A stretch of 38,103 bases of DNA from an uncultured Haemophilus sp. (lineage in GTDB: Bacteria; Pseudomonadota; Gammaproteobacteria; Enterobacterales; Pasteurellaceae): NCBI GenBank assembly GCA_902481695.1, contig CABSXY010000001.1, positions 1 through 38,103 of the forward strand. Reading direction: 5' to 3'. Under the pieces are notes generated by a model that was not told where the DNA came from, did not search any database, and saw only the letters and a list, made by a program, of their open reading frames with translations. Shown piece by piece: positions 1 to 12,324 of this stretch; position 1 is the first letter of the stretch; each line of letters opens with the position of its first letter. A program made the translations under genes and the position numbers.

Positions 1-615
1 GTTGTTCATGGTTATGGTCTGGCGGCCTCGCAGTTAGCTCGTTTAAAACAAAAAGGGATTAAATCAACTGTTGCAGTCGATAAGGTTGCTGCAAGTGGTG
101 GGTATATGATGGCTTGTGTGGCAGATAGAATTGTTTCTGCGCCTTTTGCGATAATAGGTTCTATTGGTGTGGTTGCACAAATTCCCAATATTCATCGTGT
201 GTTAAAAAAACATGATGTCGATGGTGATGTGATGACAGCAGGAGAATTTAAGCGCACGGTCACAGTATTAGGTGAAAATACTGAAAAAGGAAAACAAAAA
301 TTCCAAGCAGAACTTGAAGAAACCCATCAATTATTTAAACAATTTGTGGCCCAAAATCGACCACACTTAGATGTGGATAAAGTCGCAACTGGTGAGCATT
401 GGTTCGGTCAGCAAGCGCTAGAGCTTCAGCTAGTTGATGAGTTAGCAACCAGTGATGATATTATTCTTGAAAAAATGAAAGATAAGTCTGTGATCTCAGT
501 GAAATATAAAGTGAAAAAGCCACTTTTACAAAAAATAGGTAAGCAAGCTGAAGAGAGTATCGAGGGAATTATCCATCGAAATTTAACAAAAAATGGGCAG
601 AATTTTATTCAATAA
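1..615 (+). CDS. sohB: Protease SohB (S49 family), 5'-truncated by the window edge
   Basis: Frame 1 is open from base 1 and reads VVHGYGLAASQL...VDKVAASGGYMMAC...APFAIIGSIGVV, the S49 peptidase motifs. The ORF-track start at 106 is internal. Confidence 0.93.
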   Translation, partial: VVHGYGLAASQLARLKQKGIKSTVAVDKVAASGGYMMACVADRIVSAPFAIIGSIGVVAQIPNIHRVLKKHDVDGDVMTAGEFKRTVTVLGENTEKGKQKFQAELEETHQLFKQFVAQNRPHLDVDKVATGEHWFGQQALELQLVDELATSDDIILEKMKDKSVISVKYKVKKPLLQKIGKQAEESIEGIIHRNLTKNGQNFIQ

Positions 616-632
616 GAAAAAAATTTACTTAT

Positions 633-657
633 TTGACAACTCTTTACACAACTTTAC
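633..657 (-). promoter_or_regulatory. CpxR-like box (GTAAA-N5-GTAAA) upstream of the lipoprotein gene
   Basis: The plus strand reads TTGAC-N5-TTTAC-N5-TTTAC. The reverse complement of 643-657 is GTAAA GTTGT GTAAA. Confidence 0.5.
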
Positions 658-828
658 AAAAAAGTTCCATAAAAAATCATTTTTTAATGTTTTTTTATTT
701 ACAAGTTAAAGAATTATGACTACCATACGTCATGAAACTTTTTATAGTTTTATTTGTAAAATTTATAAAGTTTAGTTGTGTAGGTTCTTCTTGCAAGGAT
801 TGCACCTTAACAGTAAAAAGGTAAAGAA

Positions 829-1686
829 ATGAAATTATCTCGTATTTTATTATCTGCAGTAGCAGTAGCGACAGTTGCTGCTTGTGGTAACTTAAGCAAA
901 GTTACAGAAGCTGGTACTCCAGAATATAAAGAAGTTGATGGTCAACAAGTACCACAACTCGTATGGCCTAAAATTGATAAAGCAGGCTTCAACCATGATG
1001 GTAGCCAATTTGGTTCATGGCCAAACTGGGATAACGTTCGTATGATCGAACGTGGTATGAACAAAGACCAATTATATAACCTAATCGGTCGTCCACACTT
1101 CTCTGAAGGTTTATACGGTGTTGAAGAGTGGGATTATGCGTTCAACTATCGTGAGAATGGTGTTCACAAAATTTGTCAATACAAAATATTATTTGACAAA
1201 AACCACAATGCTCAAAGCTTCTTCTGGTATCCAAACGGTTGTAACGGAAACTCAGCATTTACTTTAAGTGGTGACTTCTTATTCGACTTCGATAAAGATA
1301 CTTTAACTCCACGTGGTAAAGAAGTTGTTGATAACGTTGCAGCACAATTAAAAGAAACTGGTGCTAAAGAAGTTAAAGTTGCAGGTTATACTGACCGTTT
1401 AGGTTCTGATGCTTACAACTTAGATCTTTCTCAACGTCGTGCAAACCGTGTTAAAGCTCGTTTAATTCAAGATGGCGTAACATCTGAAATTACAGCTGTT
1501 GGTTACGGTAAAGTACCACAAGTTAAAGCTTGTGACGGTTACAAACACGCAAGTAAAGCTGAGAAAGACTGTTTACGTCCAAACCGTCGTGTAGAAATCA
1601 CTGCTTCTGGTTCTGTATTAAAATTACAAGAAGGTGGTCAAGTTAACGGTGGAACTCAAGGTCCAGCACCTCTTTATCAAAAATAA
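829..1686 (+). CDS. Outer-membrane lipoprotein with a SmpA/OmlA (BamE-like) domain and a C-terminal OmpA domain (PlpD/Plp4-like)
   Basis: Lipobox VAAC. GMNKDQLYNLIGRPHF and EWDY are SmpA/OmlA-like. GYTDRLGSDAYNLDLSQRRA and NRRVEI are OmpA peptidoglycan-binding motifs. Confidence 0.88.
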   Translation: MKLSRILLSAVAVATVAACGNLSKVTEAGTPEYKEVDGQQVPQLVWPKIDKAGFNHDGSQFGSWPNWDNVRMIERGMNKDQLYNLIGRPHFSEGLYGVEEWDYAFNYRENGVHKICQYKILFDKNHNAQSFFWYPNGCNGNSAFTLSGDFLFDFDKDTLTPRGKEVVDNVAAQLKETGAKEVKVAGYTDRLGSDAYNLDLSQRRANRVKARLIQDGVTSEITAVGYGKVPQVKACDGYKHASKAEKDCLRPNRRVEITASGSVLKLQEGGQVNGGTQGPAPLYQK

Positions 1687-1702
1687 TAGATAGAGAAGAT
1701 AG

Positions 1703-1734
1703 AAAGAGCGTAATGAAAATTACGCTCTTTTTTT
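1703..1734. terminator. Intrinsic terminator between convergent genes
   Basis: AAAGAGCGTAAT-GAAA-ATTACGCTCTTT followed by a T-run. Confidence 0.9.
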
Positions 1735-1752
1735 ATCTGATGTTTAAGAAAA

Positions 1753-2616
1753 TTATTCAAGTAAAAGTTCTTCAATCAATTTAGTGGTTAAGTTGATATA
1801 ACTTCCATTAAAACGATGGCTGAAATTTAGTAAATAATAGAGCTGATAAAGGTGTTTTCTTTCTTCAAAACCGTCTTTATCAAGCGGGAAAGTGCGCTTA
1901 TAAATTTCATAGAATTCAGCTGAGAATGGTTGGAAGAGCTCACTGAATGCTAAATCACATTCTCTATCCCCCCAGTAGCAAGCAGGATCATAAGTAAAGG
2001 TTTGATTACCTACTATAGCCGTGTTCTCAATCCATAAGTTACCATGTAACAAAGAAGGTTTAGGATTATGTTTTGAAAGTTTGTGTTTTACCTTTTCAAT
2101 AATTAAATCAATGTCGCCAAAGTCTAAACCTTTATCTTTGCAAAGTTGTAATTGCCATCCAATACGTTGTTCTGCAAAAAATTTTGCCCAACTTCCATTC
2201 CATTTATTCGGTTGATACTCAGGTCCAAGCCAAGTATCAAAATCTAATCCATAGTTTTTAGTGCCAGATATTTGATGGAGTTTAGCTAATTCTTCAGCAA
2301 AATGTGGCGTTGCATTAGTTTGTTGAGTAATAGGAAGTGCTTCTAGCAATAAGAAACTATGATTTTGAGAACACCCTACGCCATACACTTGTGGAAGTCG
2401 GATTGTATTGGTTTTGCCTAGTAGGTTTAATTGATCAGCCTCAGCACGAAACATTGAACGATAAGACCGTTCATTCACTTTAACAAAGACAGGTTGGATT
2501 CCATCCGTAATAAGCCAAGTTTCATTCACTTCGCCACCCGGAACTTTGTTTTTTTCTTTGATGTTATAGTAAGCACCAAATTGATCAGCTAAGACTTGAG
2601 AAATTGATTTCCACAT
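1753..2616 (-). CDS. Fructosamine/ketosamine kinase family protein (YniA-like)
   Basis: Motifs FVK, MFRAEADQL, LLHGNLW and YDPACYWGDRECDLA. Start moved to MWKSIS (2616) because a GGAGG SD lies just upstream. Confidence 0.85.
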   Translation of the reverse strand: MWKSISQVLADQFGAYYNIKEKNKVPGGEVNETWLITDGIQPVFVKVNERSYRSMFRAEADQLNLLGKTNTIRLPQVYGVGCSQNHSFLLLEALPITQQTNATPHFAEELAKLHQISGTKNYGLDFDTWLGPEYQPNKWNGSWAKFFAEQRIGWQLQLCKDKGLDFGDIDLIIEKVKHKLSKHNPKPSLLHGNLWIENTAIVGNQTFTYDPACYWGDRECDLAFSELFQPFSAEFYEIYKRTFPLDKDGFEERKHLYQLYYLLNFSHRFNGSYINLTTKLIEELLLE

Positions 2617-2649
2617 AATACGCCTCCTAGACATGCTCGATTCTTCTTC

Positions 2650-2691
2650 ATTCTATCCAAAATGTTAAAAATTACTGTGATATATCTCAAA
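2650..2691 (-). promoter_or_regulatory. CRP site plus -10 element (class II-like promoter) for the kinase gene
   Basis: TGTGA-TATATC-TCAAA at 2676-2691 matches 9/10 of TGTGA-N6-TCACA. Minus-strand TAGAAT lies at 2650-2655. Confidence 0.6.
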
Positions 2692-2804
2692 AAATAGCAA
2701 AAATCTTTGTCATTTTTCACCTGAAACATCAATTCACTAATAAACGCGTGATTTTTTAATGAGTTAGTATTATCATTAAGTGTATTTTTAGTTAGAAAAG
2801 ATAA

Positions 2805-3806
<1,002 letters not shown>

Positions 3807-3881
3807 TTAACCGTTGGGTTAAATTGACGATAATGATTAATTTAGAACGTAACACGTTCATCAATAAAGGATACAGAGATA

Positions 3882-6272
3882 ATGAAATTTAGCGAAAATT
3901 GGGTGAGAGAATGGGTTAATCCATCAATTTCAACAGAGCAGTTATGTGATCAAATCACGATGCTTGGCTTAGAAGTTGATGGCGTTGAAAAGGTAGCTGG
4001 TGACTTTACCGGTGTGGTTGTAGGTGAAGTTGTTGAATGTGCTCAACACCCAGATGCAGACAAATTACGAGTCACTAAAGTAAATGTTGGTGGCGACCGT
4101 TTATTAGATATCGTTTGTGGTGCACCAAATTGCCGTCAAGGTTTAAAAGTGGCATGTGCAACTGAAGGTGCGGTATTACCTGGTGATTTTAAAATTAAGA
4201 AGACTAAATTACGTGGCCAACCTTCAGAAGGGATGCTTTGTTCATTCTCTGAATTAGGCATTGATGTAGATGCAGATGGTATTATTGAGCTACCGTTAGA
4301 TGCACCAGTGGGTACAAATCTACGTGAATATTTAGATTTAGATGATAAAGCCATTGAAATCAGCTTAACGCCAAACCGTGCAGATTGTTTAAGTATTGCA
4401 GGTGTTGCACGTGAAGTTGGTGTGGTGAATAAACAAGTTGTTAATCAACCGCACTTTGATGCCGTACCTGCAACGATTTCAGATAAAGTTCAAATTGAAT
4501 TAAAAGCGCCAGAAGCATGCCCTCGTTATTTATTGCGCGTGGTAAAAAATGTGAATGTTAAAGCGCAATCACCAATTTGGTTACAAGAAAAATTACGTCG
4601 TTGTGGTATTCGTTCTATCGATCCTATTGTGGATATTACCAACTATGTTTTACTTGAATTAGGTCAACCAATGCATGCTTTTGATGCATCAAAAGTGGCT
4701 CAACCTGTTCAAGTACGTTTAGCTAATAATGGCGAAGAACTTGTTTTATTAGATGGCACAACGGCAAAATTACAACCGAATACTTTAGTGATTGCAGACC
4801 AAACTGGTCCACTAGCAATGGCGGGTATCTTTGGTGGCCAAGCAAGCGGTGTTGATGCTGAAACAACAAAAGATGTAATTTTAGAAGCAGCATTCTTTGC
4901 ACCATTAGCGATTGCGGGACGTGCAAGACAATACGGTTTACACACTGATTCTTCACATCGTTTTGAACGCGGTGTTGATTTTACGCTACAACGTCACGCA
5001 ATGGAACGTGCAACAGCATTGTTACTTGACATTTGTGGTGGTGAAGCAGGCGAAATTTGTGAAGTGGTGAGCGAGCAATATTTACCAAAAGTCAATGAAG
5101 TCACTTTACGTCGTGAAAAATTAGATAGCTTATTAGGTCATCATATCGAAACTGAAACCGTGACAGAGATTTTTGAGCGTTTAGGTTTTGCGGTGACATA
5201 TGCTAATGATGTTTGGACCGTGACTTCAGCAAGCTGGCGTTTTGATATTGAAATCGAAGAAGATCTCATTGAAGAAGTAGCACGTATTTATGGTTATAAC
5301 AGCATTCCAAATAATGCGCCATTAGCACATCTTCGTATGCGTGAGCATAAAGAAGCTGATTTAGAATTAAGCCGAATTAAGACCGCACTTGTTGACGCAG
5401 ATTATCAAGAGGCGATTACTTATAGCTTCGTTGATCCAAAAGTACAAACTTTACTTCATCCAGAAATTGAAGCACTTGTATTACCAAATCCAATTTCAGT
5501 TGAAATGTCAGCAATGCGCGTTTCATTGTTAAGTGGATTACTCGGTGCGGTACTATACAACCAAAATCGTCAACAAAATCGCGTGCGTTTATTTGAAACG
5601 GGATTACGTTTTGTTCCTGATGCCAATGCAGAATTTGGTGTGCGCCAAGAATTTGTTCTTGCAGGTGTGATTACCGGTACAGCAAAATCAGAATGTTGGA
5701 CAGGTAAAGCCGAAACGGTTGATTTCTTTGATCTTAAAGGTGATTTAGAAAGTATTCTTTCTCTTACCGAAGTGGGTAATCGAGTTAAATTCGTGGCAAA
5801 AGCGTACAGTGCCTTGCACCCAGGTCAATCAGCTGCAATTGAATTAGATGGAAAAGAAATTGGTTTTATTGGAACTATTCATCCACTTATTGCTCAAAAA
5901 CTAGGATTAAATGGCAAATCGGTTGTTTTTGAAATTTTATGGGATGCCATTGCAAATCGTCGTGTGGTTCAGGCCAAGGAGATTTCAAAATTCCCTGCGA
6001 ACCGTCGTGACTTAGCTTTAGTTGTTGCAGATAATGTCCCTGCAGGCGATATTATCGAAGCATGTAAACAAGCCGGCGGAGAAAAATTAACACAAGTCAA
6101 TTTATTCGACGTATATCAAGGCATTGGCGTTGCTAGCGGACATAAGAGCTTAGCAATCAGTTTAACCATTCAAGATAATGAAAAAACGCTTGAAGATGAT
6201 GAGATTAATGCGGTAATCTCTGCTGTATTAAACGAAGTTAAACAACGCTTTAATGCGGAGCTTAGAGACTAA
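3882..6272 (+). CDS. pheT: Phenylalanyl-tRNA synthetase beta subunit
   Basis: [30 protein letters not shown]; follows pheS. Confidence 0.99.
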   Translation: MKFSENWVREWVNPSISTEQLCDQITMLGLEVDGVEKVAGDFTGVVVGEVVECAQHPDADKLRVTKVNVGGDRLLDIVCGAPNCRQGLKVACATEGAVLPGDFKIKKTKLRGQPSEGMLCSFSELGIDVDADGIIELPLDAPVGTNLREYLDLDDKAIEISLTPNRADCLSIAGVAREVGVVNKQVVNQPHFDAVPATISDKVQIELKAPEACPRYLLRVVKNVNVKAQSPIWLQEKLRRCGIRSIDPIVDITNYVLLELGQPMHAFDASKVAQPVQVRLANNGEELVLLDGTTAKLQPNTLVIADQTGPLAMAGIFGGQASGVDAETTKDVILEAAFFAPLAIAGRARQYGLHTDSSHRFERGVDFTLQRHAMERATALLLDICGGEAGEICEVVSEQYLPKVNEVTLRREKLDSLLGHHIETETVTEIFERLGFAVTYANDVWTVTSASWRFDIEIEEDLIEEVARIYGYNSIPNNAPLAHLRMREHKEADLELSRIKTALVDADYQEAITYSFVDPKVQTLLHPEIEALVLPNPISVEMSAMRVSLLSGLLGAVLYNQNRQQNRVRLFETGLRFVPDANAEFGVRQEFVLAGVITGTAKSECWTGKAETVDFFDLKGDLESILSLTEVGNRVKFVAKAYSALHPGQSAAIELDGKEIGFIGTIHPLIAQKLGLNGKSVVFEILWDAIANRRVVQAKEISKFPANRRDLALVVADNVPAGDIIEACKQAGGEKLTQVNLFDVYQGIGVASGHKSLAISLTIQDNEKTLEDDEINAVISAVLNEVKQRFNAELRD

Positions 6273-6285
6273 ACAGGAGACTAAC

Positions 6286-6585
6286 ATGGCAACGATTACA
6301 AAAATTGATATTACTGAATACTTATTAGATAAGTATCAATTACAAAAAGCGGAAGCTAAAGCATTAGTGGAAGACTTTTTTGAGGAAATTCGTCTATCGT
6401 TAGAATCTGGTGGTGAAGTGAAATTATCCGGTTTTGGTAATTTTGAGCTTCGTAATAAAGCTTCCCGTCCAGGGCGTAATCCAAAAACAGGTGAAAGTAT
6501 TCCTGTTTCTGCTCGCCGTGTAGTGGCATTCAAGCCAGGGCAAAAATTACGTGCTCGCGTGGAAAATACCAAGCCAAAACAATAG
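6286..6585 (+). CDS. ihfA: Integration host factor alpha
   Basis: VKLSGFGNF and [10 protein letters not shown]; pheST-ihfA synteny; AGGAG SD before the ATG at 6286. Confidence 0.97.
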   Translation: MATITKIDITEYLLDKYQLQKAEAKALVEDFFEEIRLSLESGGEVKLSGFGNFELRNKASRPGRNPKTGESIPVSARRVVAFKPGQKLRARVENTKPKQ

Positions 6586-6589
6586 TAAG

Positions 6590-6619
6590 AAAAGTGCGGT
6601 CGTTTTTGACCGCACTTTT
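6590..6619. repeat. Inverted pair of uptake signal sequences (hairpin) between ihfA and nlpC
   Basis: AAAAGTGCGGTC-GTTTTT-GACCGCACTTTT. Confidence 0.85.
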
Positions 6620-6632
6620 GTCAGGATTGAAC

Positions 6633-7118
6633 ATGAATAAGATTAAATGTGCTTTTTTAGTCGCAGGAAGTTTTTTGCTTTTTGCTTGTTCAAGCGGTGT
6701 TCGTGAAGAATATGCCATGAACTATAAAGGTCAGATTGGTGATCCGATTATAGCGATTGCCATGTTAAGTGAACAACAATATGAATGGGCGGGTACACCT
6801 TATGTGTTAGGTGGACAGTCTCGTGGTGGTATTGATTGTTCTGGTTTTGTGCAAAAAACCTTTATTGATCGTTTTAATATCAACCTTCCTCGAACGACGA
6901 AAGATCAAGCGGGTTACGGAAAACTTGTTCGTAAAGAAGATATCCAAACAGGCGATTTAATTTTCTTTAAAACGGGACGCGGACCAAATGGCTATCATGT
7001 AGGGATTTATGTGAAAGAAGATAAATTTTTACACGCTTCAACTAAAGGTGGCGTGATTTATTCTTCGATGAATAGCCCTTATTGGAAAAAAGCTTTTTGG
7101 CAAGTTAGACGAGTATAG
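6633..7118 (+). CDS. nlpC: NlpC/P60 family lipoprotein endopeptidase
   Basis: Lipobox LFAC, GTPYVLGG, IDCSGFV, HVGIY, FLHAS. Start set at MNKIK after an AGGA SD. Confidence 0.9.
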   Translation: MNKIKCAFLVAGSFLLFACSSGVREEYAMNYKGQIGDPIIAIAMLSEQQYEWAGTPYVLGGQSRGGIDCSGFVQKTFIDRFNINLPRTTKDQAGYGKLVRKEDIQTGDLIFFKTGRGPNGYHVGIYVKEDKFLHASTKGGVIYSSMNSPYWKKAFWQVRRV

Positions 7119-7126
7119 TGGAAATA

Positions 7127-7157
7127 AAAAAGTGCGGTTAATTTTAACCGCACTTTT
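7127..7157. terminator. Bidirectional terminator made of an inverted USS pair
   Basis: AAAAAGTGCGGTTAA-T-TTTAACCGCACTTTT between convergent nlpC and metF. Confidence 0.88.
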
Positions 7158-7160
7158 CTT

Positions 7161-8152
<992 letters not shown>

Positions 8153-8208
8153 TGATTGTTTGTTGTGCGTTGTATTTTAAAAGAAAATCAATTTATTTGC
8201 ACAAAAAG

Positions 8209-8809
<601 letters not shown>

Positions 8810-8825
8810 TCACGAGGTTTAGGAA

Positions 8826-9218
8826 ATGGCAGAGAATCAAAACTACGGCACTGGTCGCCGCAAAAGCTCTTCAGCTCGTGTATTTATCAAACCGGGCAGT
8901 GGTAAAATCACTATCAACCAACGTGAATTAGACGTATATTTCGGTCGCGAAACAGCTCGTATGATCGTACGTCAACCGTTAGAATTAGTGGAATTAACTG
9001 ATAAATTAGACCTATACATCACTGTTAAAGGTGGTGGTATTTCTGGTCAAGCGGGTGCAATCCGTCACGGTATCACTCGTGCATTAATGGAATATGATGA
9101 GACTTTACGTCCTGCTCTTCGTGCAGCTGGCTTCGTTACTCGTGACGCACGTCGCGTTGAACGTAAAAAAGTTGGTTTACACAAAGCACGTCGTCGTCCA
9201 CAATACTCCAAACGTTAA
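8826..9218 (+). CDS. rpsI: 30S ribosomal protein S9
   Basis: [24 protein letters not shown]-terminal PQYSKR. Confidence 0.99.
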   Translation: MAENQNYGTGRRKSSSARVFIKPGSGKITINQRELDVYFGRETARMIVRQPLELVELTDKLDLYITVKGGGISGQAGAIRHGITRALMEYDETLRPALRAAGFVTRDARRVERKKVGLHKARRRPQYSKR

Positions 9219-9238
9219 TTTTTTATTATCGTTTCAAG

Positions 9239-9266
9239 AAAGCAGAGAGCAATCTCTGCTTTTTTT
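9239..9266 (+). terminator. Intrinsic terminator after rpsI
   Basis: AAAGCAGAGA-GCAA-TCTCTGCTTT plus T-run. Confidence 0.9.
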
Positions 9267-9448
9267 ATGTCTGTAAAAAACAAATTAATTAAAAATTACC
9301 GTTCTTTGATTTCTTATCATACGTTTATAATTGTTTGATTTTAAAGTAAAAATAAGAAATTATTAGCAATTTACCTGCCGGTTATGTTAAAATAATCGCC
9401 CGTTTTTAGTAGAAGTATATAAGTTAGTTTGGATCTTCGGAGGAATAA

Positions 9449-10087
9449 ATGTCCAATGCATCAAGTAAACGTTCAGTAATGACTCTTTTTTCAAATAAAA
9501 ATGACATTTACTGCCATCAGGTAAAAATTGTCTTAGCTGAAAAAGGTGTCGCTTACGAAAACGAAGAAGTTGATCTGCAAGCATTATCAGAAGATTTAAT
9601 GGAATTAAATCCTTACGGTACATTACCAACGTTGGTGGATCGTGATTTAGTATTATTCAGCTCACGCATTATTATGGAATATCTTGATGAGCGTTTTCCA
9701 CATCCTCCACTTATGCCAGTTTATCCGGTTTCTCGTGCGAAAAGTCGTCTTTTAATGTTACGTATCGAGCAAGATTGGTACCCAACATTAGAGATTGCTG
9801 AAAAAGGCACGGAAGTTGAACGTGAAGAAGCGTTAAAACAGTTAAAAGAAGAATTGTTAGCGGTATCGGTTATCTTCCAACAAACCCCTTATTTTATGAG
9901 TGAAGAGTTTGGCTTAGTCGATTGCTATATTGCACCATTATTATGGAAATTACGCAATATGGGCGTGGAATTTAGCGGTACAGGAAGCAAAGCAATCAAA
10001 GGCTATATGGATCGTGTATTTAGCCGTGATTCATTCTTACAATCTGTAGGAGAAGCTGCTCCTAAAAATTTAATGGATGATAAATAA
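9449..10087 (+). CDS. sspA: Stringent starvation protein A
   Basis: KRSVMTLFS, LNPYGTLPTLVDRDL, EYLDERFPHPPLMPVYP. Confidence 0.98.
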   Translation: MSNASSKRSVMTLFSNKNDIYCHQVKIVLAEKGVAYENEEVDLQALSEDLMELNPYGTLPTLVDRDLVLFSSRIIMEYLDERFPHPPLMPVYPVSRAKSRLLMLRIEQDWYPTLEIAEKGTEVEREEALKQLKEELLAVSVIFQQTPYFMSEEFGLVDCYIAPLLWKLRNMGVEFSGTGSKAIKGYMDRVFSRDSFLQSVGEAAPKNLMDDK

Positions 10088-10533
10088 TGGTTCATACACC
10101 TTCTCCAAAACGTCCTTATTTACTAAGAGCCTATTATGATTGGCTAGTGGATAACGATTTCACCCCATATTTAGTGGTGGATGCTAATTATTATGGTACC
10201 AATGTGCCTGTGGAATACGTGAAAGATGGGCAAATCGTTTTAAATCTTTCTGCTGGGGCGACTGGGAATTTGCAATTAACGAATGATTTTATTCAGTTTA
10301 ATGCACGTTTCCAAGGTGTGGCTCGTGAGTTATATATTCCGATGGGTGCCGCTTTAGCCATTTATGCACGTGAAAATGGTGATGGCGTGATGTTTGAGCC
10401 AGAAGACATTTACGATGAGCTCAATCGTGAGCCGACATCAGAACAGCCATTAAGTTTTGCTGAAGCGGTAGATAAGCCTAAAGCTGAAAAGAAACCACAG
10501 AAATCAGTATCTCATTTACGAATTGTGGATTAA
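10087..10533 (+). CDS. sspB: ClpXP adaptor SspB
   Basis: RPYLLRAYYDWLVDNDFTP, IYARENG, C-terminal HLRIVD (ClpX-binding tail); overlaps the sspA stop codon. Confidence 0.97.
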   Translation: MVHTPSPKRPYLLRAYYDWLVDNDFTPYLVVDANYYGTNVPVEYVKDGQIVLNLSAGATGNLQLTNDFIQFNARFQGVARELYIPMGAALAIYARENGDGVMFEPEDIYDELNREPTSEQPLSFAEAVDKPKAEKKPQKSVSHLRIVD

Positions 10534-10545
10534 TAAAAGAAAAAC

Positions 10546-10577
10546 AAAAGTGCGGTTAAAATTAACCGCACTTTTTT
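10546..10577. terminator. Bidirectional USS-pair terminator
   Basis: AAAAGTGCGGTTAA-AA-TTAACCGCACTTTTTT. Confidence 0.88.
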
Positions 10578-10579
10578 GT

Positions 10580-11477
10580 TTATTGGATTTTGTTAATTGG
10601 TGTAATTTTTTTAAATGAAATCAATGCGGATAAAACAATGGCAATGATTAAGGCTATGTAGTTTTGTATTGCAAACAATCTGAAGTCTTCAATATTACTA
10701 TCATTAAATAAATAAGCAACCAAACTGTAATATAACACACCAATCAGAACGCTAAAGGCAAGATGGCGAAAATTCTTGTGGAATCGTGCAAACATGACGG
10801 TAAGACCAGTGAATAACATCGGCAATGCAGCAATAAACATCATTAAAAGCATTAATGCTACGATGCTAGCTAGATCTGTCACTTGCGTTAATAATATGGA
10901 TGTGATTGCAAAAATAATAGTGCCAAGCAAAGTAAATACAAGAGGAATTAACCAACGGTAAGAGGCAAAGCCTTTTTTCTCTATGACTTGGTTAGTTAGA
11001 TTTACTCCCGTTGAAACAGCCTTAGGCAGTAGTTTATGCATGATTTGGGATTCTAAGAGAATTCCCGCTTTATTTGGAAAAGCAATTAGACCAAAAATTG
11101 CAGCTAATACACCGTGGAAAAGGCAGAGGTAAAGGTAAGCATCGTTAACATCGTTTGCTATGATATAAAAAGAAATTCCAGCGGTGAGTGTTCCGATAAA
11201 GGTGGCACTAAGAATGCCTTTAACGCTTCTCCTAAATTGACATAATCCGAGAATAAATCCGGTGGATATTCCCCAAATCAGCATAAAGTAAATTAAAAAA
11301 AATAGTATAGGCAAATAAAACTGCATTACTTAAGACGCCTACCCCTGTAGGGAGAGAGAAGTTTGAGAAGAAGGATTGAGCTACTAATCTAGCATAAAGT
11401 GCAGTAAAAGCTAGAAAGTAAAGAAAAATACGCCAGAAAGCGAATTGTTTCCTCAGAAAAGGCACTAGAAAAGACAT
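10580..11477 (-). pseudogene. Polytopic membrane protein gene, apparently frameshifted at a T8 tract (ORFs 11232-11477 and 10580-11326)
   Basis: An AAGGA SD precedes only the ATG at 11477. Removing one T from the T8 tract (A8 at 11295-11302 on plus) fuses both hydrophobic ORFs into 298 aa with an internal duplication. Confidence 0.6.
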
Positions 11478-11517
11478 TTTTGGGTTCCTTAAGTTGTAAT
11501 ATAAAAATTTTTATTAA

Positions 11518-12324
11518 TTATTTTGTTGCTGCTTTCATATTGCGAACAAATTCGGCGAGCTCAGATAAGCATTGAGCCTGATTATCTAAGTTTCGCTCAA
11601 TAATTTTTACAGTTGCAGAGCCTGAAATTGCGCCTGTTGCACCAAGTTGAAGAGCCTCTTTTACTTGAGCAGGTTGAGCAATACCAAAACCTTGTAGAAT
11701 TGGTGGAGCCTTGTGGGCTTTAAGTTGTTCTACAAGTGTATCTAAGTTTGCGGCATGAGCTTGATTCTCTGCACTTGTTACACCTGCACGAGAAACTAAA
11801 TAGGTATAGCCTTCGCTGTTTTCAGCAACGCCTTGTACCGTTTTAGCATTAGCATTTGGTGGGCAAATAAAGACAGGTTGAATGCCATGCTTTTTAGCGG
11901 CTTGAATATAGTCTTCTTTTGCCAATAGTGGAATATCTGCCACTAAAACCGCATCTACACCGACTTCTGCACAACGTTGATAGAAATTATCTAATCCTTT
12001 CGCAAAAATTAAATTCGCACAAAGGAGTAAGCTAATCGGAATTTCTGGATATTTGGACCGCACTTTAGCGAGTAACTTAAAGCTATCTTCAGTGCTATGC
12101 CCCGCATTAAGCGCACGGTTATTAGCTGCCTGGATAACGGGACCGTCTAATAGTGGATCAGAAAATGGAAAACCTAATTCCAACGCATCTGCGCCATTTT
12201 CGACTAACGTGCAAATAATCTCAAAAGAGCGATCAAATGTTGGATCGCATAATGTGACGAAAGGTACAAAAGCCCCTTCTTTTTTCGCTGCAAGTTCTGC
12301 AAATTTAGTTTCAAAACGGCTCAT
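11518..12324 (-). CDS. trpA: Tryptophan synthase alpha chain
   Basis: [34 protein letters not shown]. Confidence 0.98.
   Translation of the reverse strand: MSRFETKFAELAAKKEGAFVPFVTLCDPTFDRSFEIICTLVENGADALELGFPFSDPLLDGPVIQAANNRALNAGHSTEDSFKLLAKVRSKYPEIPISLLLCANLIFAKGLDNFYQRCAEVGVDAVLVADIPLLAKEDYIQAAKKHGIQPVFICPPNANAKTVQGVAENSEGYTYLVSRAGVTSAENQAHAANLDTLVEQLKAHKAPPILQGFGIAQPAQVKEALQLGATGAISGSATVKIIERNLDNQAQCLSELAEFVRNMKAATK

Noticed and set aside
3824..3856. Fur-like GATAATGAT and a TTGACG in the pheS-pheT spacer
   Set aside because: Only 11/19 match to the Fur box, and no -10 at proper spacing.
11351..11360. GA dinucleotide run as the frameshift site of the membrane protein gene
   Set aside because: The downstream reading frame has a TAA between this run and the T8 tract, so slippage here could not fuse the ORFs.
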